A DNA stretch of 33,000 nt. Source: Botryllus schlosseri (lineage: Eukaryota). Under the pieces are notes generated by a model. That model was not told the DNA's origin, made no database searches, and was given only the letters and a program-made list of their open reading frames with translations. The stretch spans positions 27,559,001 to 27,592,000 of the forward strand of contig CM119371.1 of assembly GCA_051294905.1 (NCBI GenBank). The letters are read 5' to 3'. Shown piece after piece: positions 1 to 10,939 of this stretch (the stretch's first letter is position 1; every line of letters begins with the position of its first letter). A program made the position numbers and the translations under genes.

Positions 1-99
1 CAAATATACTTTTTGAAACTATATACTTGAGTACTTTTGGGTGCTTTCATTTAATACTTCCATCGCTTAATGTAGTTTTGACATTTGAAATTGGTAAGG

Positions 100-378
100 G
101 GCGAGATAGCGTATATATAGTGTTATAATCCAGAGCTTCAACGTCAATGAGTTGTGGGTTCGATTCCGGCCGAGGTCGACTCCAGAATTCCTACATAAGT
201 ATTGGAGGTTAATCTAGGTTCCTCCTCGGCATCTCATCAACGCAAGCGGTGTCTCAAAAAACCATAGAAGTGGGCCCTACGGTCGGCAATTGCGGAATCA
301 AAAATAAACATTTCGGCTTGCTGTAAATGACCATTGTAGTCGACAAACACCATGAATACCACAAAAAAAACAATAACC
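100..378 (+). mobile_element. tRNA-derived SINE, copy 1
   Basis: Starts GGCGAGATAGCG (A-box region interrupted by extra TATATA), has B-box GGTTCGATTCC, and is colinear over about 280 bp with the reverse complement of 4523-4803 (shared blocks GAGGTCGACTCCAGAAT, GGAATCAAAAATAA, TGTAGTCGACAAACACCATGAATACC). Ends in an A/AAC-rich tail. Confidence 0.8.
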
Positions 379-2912
379 GCCACCAGTATTTGAGTATCGA
401 TTCAAGGATTTATATATACATCTACTTGAATAGCAACACCGACTACTTTGACAGCGTCATGTGGCTATTTCACGACCACTTTTCTATGTCACCACAGAGG
501 TTGTCAATTTTGAAATGGTTTCCGGTATCTCGCGCTGTCGGAGAAAAAATCGGCAATGATTACCCACGATTAAATTTTAGGGAAACTGCGTGATAAATTG
601 ACTTCCCTTTCTCCCGCGGTCGAGAAAGTCACAAATCCTTTGATCGGTATTGTTCAACGTGAATTACGTCTGGATATCGCTATTGATATGCAAACCTGTT
701 CCGATGTAGCCTCATTCTTATGTCAACAATGGGGCGCCATGGAAATCACTTATTTCGCCAGAGTAGGCTACATCGGTATTATTCGAATGCGATGGGGATC
801 GAATAATTTATGGTTCCGGTGATGACACTTCACAATTATTAATAACATTATTAAACCCCAGAAAAAAATTACAGGTAAACCAGCAGAAAATGATTTATTG
901 TTTATCTAATCTACATATTAGTTACATGCTTATTTTGAATACAGCTCCGTGTCTCGTATAGCGACTTCAGCCTTGTTTGCTGTAAAATTCGACAAAATTC
1001 CAAATTTTAGATATCACATCTTTATCAGGTTTCATATTAATATCGTAGATACCTGTAGGTATCCATGGAAAATCATCAAATACTTCTTTACTCATGAAAA
1101 TCCAGACTTTGTACAAATCCCTGGATTTTGAAGGTACGCCTGGATCTATAACTACAAGTCTACAATTAACGACATTTAGGATCCCGCAATTAACAAACTA
1201 ATGAAAACACAGCAGGCGAGATTCAATTTCAAAGTGACTCATTAATTTTTATCTTATATGATTTGGATCGATTTTCTAGTTTAGCCGAGCATAGAACTAT
1301 GCAAAAAACAATAGCTAGTTGACCGCCAAATAATTAGAAATGTATAGTACGTTATGTATATGTACAAGTCAGACTGAATTCACACTCTGATAATATAGGA
1401 CGATACACTGTCGCTTGCCTATATGAATAAAATCATTTCAGGGGTGCTTATCGTAACTGATGCTATGAATGCGAAGTAATATTCAACTCCGTCACCATGT
1501 CCACAATGTCGACATAGCTTAATGTAGGTTATAACGTAACGATAGGGAACAGCATTATCGTTGTCCTCCATTTTGTTCGTATACGTCAGTTGCATACGCA
1601 AGGTAAGGATATGAAATTGAAATTGCAGTCAGTACAACAAGAATAGATTGCATTTCTAACAACTGGTTGCATGTCTGCTCACGGTACAGCATTGTCGTAT
1701 CAATTGGAAACGAGCGTGGGACGCATAAATAAAATAAAAATAGATTGATTCGTGCTGTTCACATCCAGGCTTCAGCTTCCCCTTGTTGTTTACTAATGTG
1801 AAAAAACGAATGTTGATATCCCTATTCAAAATATTGTTAGTGTAACGGTAAATTCGTCTGATTTATAGCATGGGGCAGTTTGCGCAGCAATGGTCGGTAC
1901 GCCGAGATGGTCGAAGTAGTCAGCGCTGAAACTTGGCACTCAAGTAAAATTAGAAGTAACGCCGTATATTTCCACTCATTTATAAATGGAAAAAAAGATT
2001 CCCAAGGTATTCCAGAACGATTTCCGGGGGTTGCATAATTTTAGCAGTTAAGTGCAATAGGCTGCTTTCGTAATTGTGAGATAGATCTTGGTTATTGACG
2101 CACAATGACTACAAACGACACTACGAATTGGTGCAATCTGCGAAAATAGATCCGGTTACAGTGATACAGGGGCCCTTTCGCCAAGTTCTTATGATAATTT
2201 CACCCGTGAAAGTGATGCGCACATCCCCCAAATAACTTTGCTCTTTGCACACTACAAATCGTTTAAAGCAGTTTTTTCGAAATACACTGTTCAATAGAAT
2301 GGAAAGTATTCTCAAAATACACCCCTTTGAGTAAGTAGTGTAAGTAGCCTGGACCACTTGATTTCTCCAAAAGGTATAAGTACTTAGTTGCTGATGCTGA
2401 CTACTATTTTTCGTGTACTCTTTACTTTTCCATGGTAATGAAGAATAGGTTTTAGATTTCAATAAATCAACCGTTGTTGGGTTCCTTAGATCATATCAGA
2501 TTAATTTTTGAAGCCAAACTAGGCTATTTTCCTCGTAATAATATGTTATCGGGTCAAAACAGTTTTAGAAATCGTTTCCGTTTATTTCCTTAAGTGGTAC
2601 TGTTTCAGCAGCCACGGATAGTATTTGCAGATAACCTTAATAACTAGTTTGTCCACGTTTGCCAATAAACCAGTATTTATCAAACTTTTTTGATCACGGA
2701 CACCTTCAAGTTTTATAAGCGGTTGCGCGTATCCCAAAATTTCAGAAGCCGATGAACGGAAGGTCATCACATCAAGCTCGACCATATCTACGCTATTTTA
2801 TGCCTAACATAAGATAGCTATTGACTAGATAAGGTAAATACAGTCTCACTCACGACATCATTATCAAAGGATAATACGTTTTTGTAGTTTCTTGATGACG
2901 TTGTGGTCTTTC

Positions 2913-2977
2913 GCGGATCCCCTAAAATAGTTCACCGATCCCTATGGGATCCGTGCACCCCAGTTTAAGAGCCCCTG
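2913..2977 (-). mobile_element. Solo terminal fragment of a hAT (Charlie-like) MITE
   Basis: Reverse complement reads CAGGGGCTCTTAAACTGGGGTGCACGGATCCCATAGGGATCGGTGAACTATTTTAGGGGATCCGC, the style of end typical of hAT-Charlie non-autonomous elements. No partner end or TSD found. Confidence 0.55.
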
Positions 2978-4522
2978 CGATAAAAAATGTTGGAACGTAT
3001 GATGATCACTATATGCCACTGCGCACTACTGCCCTTTGAAGTAGCATGATTGAGAGATGGCGTATGCAACCTTTAAAACATTGATGTTGAAACAATGTTA
3101 ATGTGTCCAAGACTTTGAAACATATTTCTGTTTATTCTGGATATGAAATCATACACTAGAGACGGTAGATTGCTTGTACGCGGCTTTCAATGCGCTAAAA
3201 TTGTCCGAGATAAGAACAGCTGATCTTCTTTAGATTACCAATGTATTTTGTCAGCGTTGAATAACGTTGACTAGTTCGACTAACAACGATTATCTTCATC
3301 TACAGTCATTCGGACTCTTTGCGCGAGTAACAGAGCACAAAGAACTCGAAAATAAAGTGGATACACTGAGTTCATAATCTGTGTCAGTCACGAGTCACGA
3401 AACTGGCGACATTCGTCTTTTCAATACGAACTCGTTATTCCATCCTGCAAATAAGCACTTTGCACAATGCAGCAAAAGCGACCGATTTGGACCGAAACTC
3501 AATTACGCCTAAAACACTAGTGTTCAGCTGACAGTGTTTTAGTATTCAATGATGCAATTGCGTTCCTTGCATAGAAACAGTATTTTATATACGAAAGAGT
3601 CAATCGGACTTTACGTTGCGGGCTCGTATAGTTGCTAATATTTTCGCTAAATGTCAGCGGCGTCACTAACATCAATGCTTCGGTTTCAGCTGCCTTTGAT
3701 ACATCGCTGACTCAAACCGATTTCAGGCCACAGTGATTGTGATACGAAGTTTATTATAGAATGCTCCTATTCGGACTTGTGAATCATGCAAAATTTTTCC
3801 ATGCTCCAACCACACCGTTTATGTTCGAAAAACCGAGAAAACGGTATCGCCAGAAGTAATATAAGGTGCATTTCCCATGCCGCAATAAAGATGTATTGAT
3901 ACTTGTATGTGTATTGCTGAAAGTTTTGATGGAAAGTACTTCGAGATATTTTTGTTGCAATTGCTGATCCTGCCGTGTCGAGGTCAATAACAAACAAATC
4001 GTTTCCTTTGATGGTGTAGAAATCGCGGGAGCGCATTTTATTTCGAAAATGTGATTTGCGTTTTATTGTCGATGCCGCAAGTGATGGTGGATGGAGATGA
4101 AGTAAAAATAATAAAATCGACTATATTGATTTATATGGAAACGGCACTACTAATAAGTAATATATTTACGACGAAAATCGTTCTCAATCAACCGCTAAAA
4201 TGGATTCATACAGCAGGTATATACGCATCATGACAGCATGTCGACCAGTGGCTCTCAACCTTTTTGATTTCGCTGACCCGTTTTTAGACCGTCGCGGACC
4301 CCGCGGACCCCCTCGCCTTTTAGTTCAAATTTAGCTCAATTATCGTGCAATCGTCATCTGTCTTTTGTAAATATTAACTGGAGGCTAGCGATAAACACTA
4401 ACAAAATTATGCTTTTCTTGGAAATAACATCGTAGTCATTATGTAAAAATTGGGTAGACTTTGTAGGCTATATTTTAGAATTAACACTGAAACTGCATTT
4501 CTTCAAACATACGTGGTCGTGT

Positions 4523-4803
4523 TGTTGTTCTTGTTTGAGGTATTCATGGTGTTTGTCGACTACACTGGTCATATACACCAGGCCGATATTCCTTATTTTT
4601 GATTCCGTAACTGCCGACCTGCAGCACGGCCCCACGTCTAGGCTTTTGTAATACACAGCTTACGCGGATGAGATTTCGAGGAGCAGCCTAGATAAACCTC
4701 CAAGACTTAGGTATAGGCATTCTGGAGTCGACCTCGGTCGGACTCGAACTCACAACCCATTGGTGTTGTAGCTGCGGATTATACCACTACGCTATCTCGC
4801 CAC
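4523..4803 (-). mobile_element. tRNA-derived SINE, copy 2 (best preserved)
   Basis: Minus strand: GGCGAGATAGCGTAGTGG (A box) ... GAGTTCGAGTCC (B box), body, AACAAGAACAACAAC tail. Flanked by 13-bp direct repeats TACGTGGTCGTGT (4510-4522) / TGCGTGGCCGTGT (4804-4816), 11/13 identical. Confidence 0.85.
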
Positions 4804-4816
4804 TGCGTGGCCGTGT

Positions 4817-5026
4817 CTTGAATATCCGCATCTTCGATTTGATATGAACAAGCTCCTTAAATCCATTTCCACAAAGACAGGTGGTGGTGAATGTGATAAT
4901 ATCTTCTACCTCTTACGACGACACATTTGAGTGATCGCAACAAACATGGCAGCGAAAGCGAGAAACACACTTTCTATTGAACATATAACGTCCAGCCTGG
5001 TCATTTTGATCTAGCAGCTCATTTAT
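4817..5026 (-). pseudogene. hAT-Charlie transposase C-terminal (dimerisation region) remnant
   Basis: Manual translation INELLDQNDQAGRYMFNRKCVSRFRCHVCCDHSNVSS*EVEDIITFTTTCLCGNGFKELVHIKSKMR resembles the Charlie/Buster C-terminal pattern (..LLPFxTTYLCESGFSxLxxIKTKxR). One in-frame stop; lies between Charlie-type TIRs. Confidence 0.7.
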
Positions 5027-8000
5027 TATTGAATAATGGGTGTGTAGACATCACAAGAGAAAATGAATTTCTGTCAACATTTGATGTCATTGCGATTGAC
5101 TTTACTACTTTAACTTCTTACTTATCCACAATCGTCAACAAAACATCTCTGAATAGCAATGTTTGTGTCAGTAGGCTATTGGCAATTTAACAATTCAAAT
5201 GAATTTGCACGGTAGGATATTTCACCTCTGACCTCCAGTCTGTTGATGTGAGTCCTGGAGTTTTACCAGTAATGAGAGAAACTGCCTCGCGATTTCCCTA
5301 ATTTAAATAAATACAAATTAGGTTTGCAACCATTTTGTAAATTTTGAGGTCTCGCAGACCCCTGGTAGAGAATCACTGGCGTAGACTATATAGATAACTA
5401 TATCCATTACAAAAATGAAGAAGTTGAGTCGACCCTCGATTTTCAGAGGCTTCCCTGTTTCCTTACTGATTTAGTGTAGTAATAATTGCATACTTAATAT
5501 GATTTTGGTTTTCACGGACGAGGGAATCATATATATATATCGCGATAGTGTCGAAATCTGTATCATGGCGAGCTTATTTGTCTCCCATAAGTTTATTATA
5601 GGCGTGTTCAGAGTGTACAAACTTTTTGGCAAACAGGTCAGATGTATGAAATGAAACCGCGGTCGTGTTCACATGAACCATGTTTTCGCGCCAATTGGGG
5701 CGCTATTCATGACACCAGAACCGACTTCTTTTCCATCGTAGAAAGTATAATGTGTTTGATACGTTTTTAGGAATTTGAATGCATGGGAAAGGAAATTGCG
5801 TACCAGATATCGCGCTCCACCTGATCCTCACCCTATCCTATAGATATTCCTTAAGAGTGCGTGATTTTCTCCTTCTTGAGTACGATTCTTTTACTCCCTG
5901 TATATACGCTGGATCGAACCCATTATTTTGAGATATATCTATGTGTTAAAGCTGCTAACTAGATCAATACCCCCGCTAATGTATACGCGATCAAGCACAG
6001 AAAAACACTTGATTCCATGTGTTGTTAAGTATTCAAGTTGTCCCGCTAAAATCAAGGTTACAAAGAAACCGTTTGTGATCGATGAGTTACTCGCCATAAT
6101 ATTGGCATGCAGCGGTGAATGTATCACATTGACAGACACGGATAACACAAGGTCAATGGGCGTTGGAGATGTGTGACTGTCCGTGAAAGTTGTGACGGGT
6201 CCAAATCGTTTAACAAAGCATTGAAGCTTTGCAGATTGATCTTTCCAAGAAATGACAACTTTACGCGGTATATTGATGTGCTTGTGCACCAAGCTTCTTC
6301 TGGTTCTATTAGCAAGGGCTGTGCAAAACCGCGTTGGTGAAATATTCGATTCTGAAACGGCTTGGAATAGAATCGATTATTCACAGCAGTATGAATGATG
6401 TGTAAAATTCAAATATTCCCCTTTTATGCGACCACTAAGCATATTTTACTATTTCTATGTCACATTAAAGATTATTTTGTGCTTTTTCGACAATAGGCCA
6501 ATCTCATTGCACTTGGCGACAAGTATGCGGTTTGGTAACGACTTCACAGATATGTAATTTCCGCAATTCCACTAACGTACGTAACTCTGTACCACTACAT
6601 GACGAATTGGCGATTTCAAAGACAGGTGAAACTACTTGATGTGGAATAGGACAGTGCAGTTCTAAAACGGTACTCAAGTAGTTTCGAAACGTAGATTTGA
6701 TCTAGACGTCAGGTCACGTGCTTTTAATAGTAGATGGCAAGTGGCTACTTACAGGATATATCTTAACGAGAAACGCAAAAGGACTACTGCAAATCAGTGC
6801 AACTTTAGAAAAAAATATCTTTAATTCCCATCATATAGGGGCTGCGGGGCCTACGGCATTATATTGTAGGCCCCGGGGCTGTTTCGCCAACTTGTTATAA
6901 AGGTTCACACATAAAAGATCTGTTAGATCACAAAACCGAATTCTAATTTACAAAATAAGAAGTTTAAAAGTAATGATTTCCAGCGTGCATATCCGATGCG
7001 TTTGCAGCCGCGTGGGCGTGAAGTCAATTCGACAAATGTCAGAAACATGTACAATGTAGCCTTTGTAAGCCAGTTCAGCCAACAATCATTCGGTCCTAAC
7101 TAAATCGCTAAAGCAATATGGTGCACTCTGTGTTTTCAGGTCGCTGCGTTGTCTTCAAGTAGACGATATGATAATATTTTTTCTGACACTTACCAATTGA
7201 TTGGCAATGTTTGTATCTGTGGTTAGCAGTGGACTTTGTTCGTTCATATTTGTTATCTAATAGTGGCAACGCCTACGTTACGCCACCTCAGTCTGCGGTG
7301 AACCGTCATGGCTAATGCCAATTAGCTCGAGAAGCCAAAATTGGCTCACGACCTTGCCGTGTTTCATACATAACGTTAGCACCTACCAACGTTCGGCGTG
7401 AAATCACTTGATTGAACGCAAAAAGCGAGCCATTCATATGTAACACCACTTTATTACAATACACACTATTGACTGTCGAAGTCGATTGAATTAGAACTCA
7501 TGTAGTAGCATTCAACTGTGTATTTATAGGGTCGGTGGAACGTTTAGCGTTATGTGAAGCACATCCCTTTTGTGTTTCTCAGCCTAATCTTCATGAGATA
7601 TATCCAAACATTGGATCAGCTGTGGCGGACATTTCTCGACTTAGCCTTCAGTCGTCGTAAATATGACCTCTTTGAATTGCGCTTAGGAATATGATGGTGT
7701 CAATATTGGTCTAGTTATGACACCGACGATACGTACGTCTCGGAAATATGAGAAAAACATGGTATCGTCCGGTGTGTAATGATAAGTATTATATAATTAT
7801 AGCACTGGTAAACAAGAGACATAATAAACTTATACGCACAGTCGTACACACAGCAGATCCATAGTGTATGTATTTGCATGACCCTGTGTTAAACTCATAT
7901 ACAGGGATCTAAGGTATAGGCCCTGTTATCAGGCATATCAGATAGAATATAATTATGAATGAGTAGCAGACGTTCGCATATGTAATTTACCGATCGTAAG

Positions 8001-8563
8001 CGCAAATTATTAACGTGTTCTACTTGCCCGTAACGAAAACACTTTGAAACTAGACAGAAACTTGGCAGCCTTTTTCATGAATTTGTCTCGCGGCAATCGC
8101 TGTTTGCAGCATAAACGGCTGAAAGCACTCCCGTATTGTAAGTATCGAGAAAGGCTCCAATTTGTTTCGGATTCTAACTACAGTAGCCGAAATGTTCCAC
8201 ATTTCATAATGGCGGGGGTGGTTAGTAACGGATTACTTCTTCTTTCTCGGAGTATTCAAAACCGGCTTGCTTATATGCGATAGCTACTCAAGTCGTGTTG
8301 ATTTACGGCTACTTCTACTTCTACATGAAAGTTTGTTACGTGAAACTATTTATTGATGACGCTTTTGGATTTTGAATAGTTCAAAGTAGGGGGGAATAAA
8401 TTTAGATCACTCTTATAAGCGGAATTGTCATGGCAACAGGAAGAAATGTACCCTGTAGCGCAGTAACTGAATGTATTTTTGAAATGCCCACGCATTTGTA
8501 GATTAGCAAGTAATTTTGCGTTAGTTAGAAATATGCTTCTTGCAATTTGAAGAGTAGTCAAAT

Positions 8564-8867
8564 GGGTCCGTGGACATATGAGCATGCGACATTACAGCAT
8601 GCGAGACTTCGGCATGCGACAATTTGGCATGCGACACATGAGCATGTGGGTTAAATTACGGGTTAGGGGTAGGTTAGGGTTGGGTTTATGGTTGGGTTAT
8701 GGTTAGGGTTTAGGTTAGGTTAGGCTAGGTTAGGTTAGGTTAGGCTATGTTTCGGGTTAGGGTAAGTTTTGGGGTTATACAGTCACATGCTGAAGTGACG
8801 CATGCTGATGTGTTCCATGCTGAACTGTCGTTTTCCATTGTGTCGCATGCTCATATGTCGGGCAACC
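8564..8867. mobile_element. 304-bp MITE with GG termini, 15-bp-period subterminal repeats and telomere-like core (Merlin-like by end structure)
   Basis: Perfect 8-bp TSD AGTCAAAT (8556-8563, 8868-8875). Inverted ends share GACATATGAGCATGCGACA. GCATG units at 8582, 8597, 8612, 8627, 8642; mirrored CATGC units at 8786, 8801, 8816, (8831 degenerate), 8846. Superfamily is inferred. Confidence 0.9.
8660..8763 (+). repeat. Degenerate TTAGGG/TTAGG telomere-like array inside MITE
   Basis: GGGTTAGGGGTAGGTTAGGGTTGGG...TTAGGTTAGGTTAGGCTAGGTTAGGTTAGGTTAGG...GGGTTAGGGT read directly. Confidence 0.9.
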
Positions 8868-9628
8868 AGTCAAATGATATTGGCCTTGCCTAACTCTATC
8901 GTTCGTATTTTGCGCTTGGCGACACCGCTCATTGCCAAACTGTAGCTTTTCTGTCAACTTGCACCTCGATATATGCGCCAAACGGCTTGGATGTATAGAT
9001 TGATTACCGAATGACCCACGTCCAATCCACCAGATGTGAAGTGTTAATTGGGGCAGCTCTGTGCGGCGCAATGTCTCTGCGTGATATGTTTCGTTTACAA
9101 TAGGATCTTACCAGCTGCAAAGTTTTGTCTTCATGGGTCCGACCGGGGGATGCTTTATATGTTACAGTATTTCGCATTCCAATCCCGCCATGTAATGAAG
9201 TCAGTTACGCTCGCTTACATCGTTTTCAAATGCGATAGGCTTAGGATTTTAGGCTTTACGGTGGATATTAGTACCCTGCTTATAGAGCGTGATCCCCTTT
9301 GTCACGCAATTTATCACATTCAGAATCACGCTTCAATTCATTGTGTTGCTGACCCCGCCATTACGTCACCCATGTATTTAAGTAGTTCCGCAATGGATGT
9401 AAGGAGATTGGAATTGTGCCGGGAAATCAATCGATATTCTCACATGTCAATCATGTGTCACGTATATGATAATCGGAATACGTCTATAAGTCTAAATTAC
9501 ATGTGCACGTCTTCAATCACTGTTAGCTACCGTTAAGCAGTGCAGAAAAATAATATAATAAATGCAATGAATCGATAGGTATTCAATCGGGAGATCATTT
9601 TAGTCTATCTGGTACATTGGTTAGTTCC

Positions 9629-9689
9629 GTGATTCGATTACGAATCGAATATTAAGCTTCGAATCAATTCGGGTATTCGGGAACCACTA
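9629..9689. mobile_element. Solo right end of a hAT-type MITE
   Basis: Ends ...GGGTATTCGGGAACCACTA (rc TAGTGGTTCCCGAATACC) and is preceded by clustered TTCGAAT/ATTCG motifs. No left end or TSD found. Confidence 0.35.
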
Positions 9690-9822
9690 AATAGGACGGC
9701 ATAACGAAATGCAAGGCTTGGGAAAAAATTCAAATGTTTACCTTTAATGCGAGTAAAAAAGTAGAGTGCCGGTTGCACCATTTGGTATTTCTTGACTAAT
9801 CTTCATTCATAGAGCTTTGATG

Positions 9823-10213
9823 TAGGGCGGGGCATGGACCGGCGCCGCATTTGATTTATGGCTGGATTTTCTCATTTTTGGCCGGAGTCAGTTCGGAGCC
9901 AAATCAGCACTTTTTCTGAAACGACAGGAGAGAGATCGGAGCCCGATAATTACTTTTTATCGAGCTTAGGAGGACAGCCCTACCCTCGAATCAATAGTTG
10001 AAATGAAACGTTCATAGAAATAAACCGTATACTAAGTACAAGTTAGCATAATTACTTCAGATAAGGGTTGGGCTTGATCTTTGGGTTTTTAATTTACTGT
10101 TTGCATTGTTTCAATTAATATTCAACACCATCCTGTGAGTAGCAGTAGGTAAATGTTATCTGAGTTTTTCGAACCGGATCACGGTCATTTCATTGTCGAT
10201 CCGCTCCGCACTA
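9823..10213. mobile_element. Degenerate hAT-type MITE (391 bp)
   Basis: Ends TAGGGCGGGGC and rc TAGTGCGGAGC (9/11); flanks CTTTGATG / CTTTGTGG (6/8); internal TCGGAGCC-like repeats. Confidence 0.55.
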
Positions 10214-10312
10214 CTTTGTGGCGACGATAACGCTCGGTCAGCAATTCGCAGAAATGATATTTCCACAAACACGTGTATTGTATTATGTAGTCTTGTATTC
10301 GAATGCCGTGGT

Positions 10313-10690
10313 TATGGTTGCATTTAAAACAAAATTTAATTTAAAACAAACATATTTTTTATCGTTTTTTTAAGCCATGACGTCACGAATATTCAATTGT
10401 GAAATCATATTGGATTGACATTGACAATTGAAAATATAGGGTAAATATAGGTCCTTCCACGAAATACTATTGCTGTTGAACCGACTATGTTGAGGGTTCC
10501 AACCCTCCCATATCGATAATAATTCAACTATATCGGGTGGTAATTGTACGTAGGCACCGACAGCATGTTTTTGGAGAGTATTTACACAATTATGGTATAA
10601 TTTTACAACTTAAAAAAACATTTATTCAAAGGTTATTTGTTTGAATACACCGTGTGTTTTAAAACACAGTTTGTTTTAAATACAACCCTA
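10313..10690. mobile_element. hAT-type MITE (378 bp)
   Basis: 21-bp TIRs TATGGTTGCATTTAAAACAAA vs rc TAGGGTTGTATTTAAAACAAA (19/21); 8-bp TSD GCCGTGGT / GCTGTGGT (7/8, the difference is CpG to TpG). Confidence 0.85.
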
Positions 10691-10939
10691 GCTGTGGTGC
10701 TACCGATGGAGATTTCAGGTTCTTACTGACGTAAAATTATCGATGTATATGTGATCTTAATGACTTTTTATAGAAAGGGGCTAATAGGTTATCTTTATGT
10801 ACTCGAATGAATCATCTCTGACTATACTCGACACTATTATTATTGCAACTGATACTCTAATCGTTGTACCCGGCCCAGTTACATTGCTGGTTTACAAACT
10901 ATACTGTGGATGCATTTTAAAGAAGCACCCGACTCATCG

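Larger units (their letters stand above)
4246..5378 (-). mobile_element. Internally deleted hAT (Charlie/Buster group) DNA transposon
   Basis: TIRs CAGTGGCTCTCAACC (4246) and GGTAGAGAATCACTG (ends 5378); flanking 8-mers ATGTCGAC/GCGTAGAC (5/8, degenerate TSD); contains a transposase C-terminal remnant and a nested SINE. Confidence 0.8.

Noticed and set aside
100-175. tRNA gene (A/B boxes), also at 4730-4801
   Set aside because: No closing acceptor stem; continues into a shared 200-bp body and tail, so it is a SINE head.
327-822. Track ORFs of 88 and 74 aa
   Set aside because: The first starts inside the SINE tail; no motif or splice support for either.
2121-2785. Minus-strand ORFs of 113 and 67 aa
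   Set aside because: No recognisable domain and no consistent splice structure; could be decayed coding DNA but unsupported.
5928-6398. Three overlapping ORFs and a 48-aa signal-peptide-like frame at 6252-6398
   Set aside because: No homology recognised and no downstream exon; hydrophobic short frames occur by chance.
6628-6685. 12-bp perfect inverted repeat with 34-nt spacer
   Set aside because: Single short stem, plausible by chance in 33 kb of AT-rich DNA.
5609-6894. Possible hAT element (CAGAGTGTACAAACTTTTT... and GGCCCCGGGGCTGTTTCGCCAACTTG ends)
   Set aside because: Ends only loosely resemble hAT termini, do not pair with each other, and have no TSD.
8660-8763. True telomere or chromosome-fusion scar
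   Set aside because: Short, degenerate, single orientation and enclosed in a TSD-flanked MITE.
8582-8850. Regularly spaced repeats as a CRISPR-like array
   Set aside because: The 15-bp period leaves no real spacers; the units are mirrored inside TIRs with a TSD; eukaryotic context.
9048-9536. 162-aa + strand ORF
   Set aside because: Starts at TTG, has no motif, Cys/His-rich random-like composition and no splice partners.
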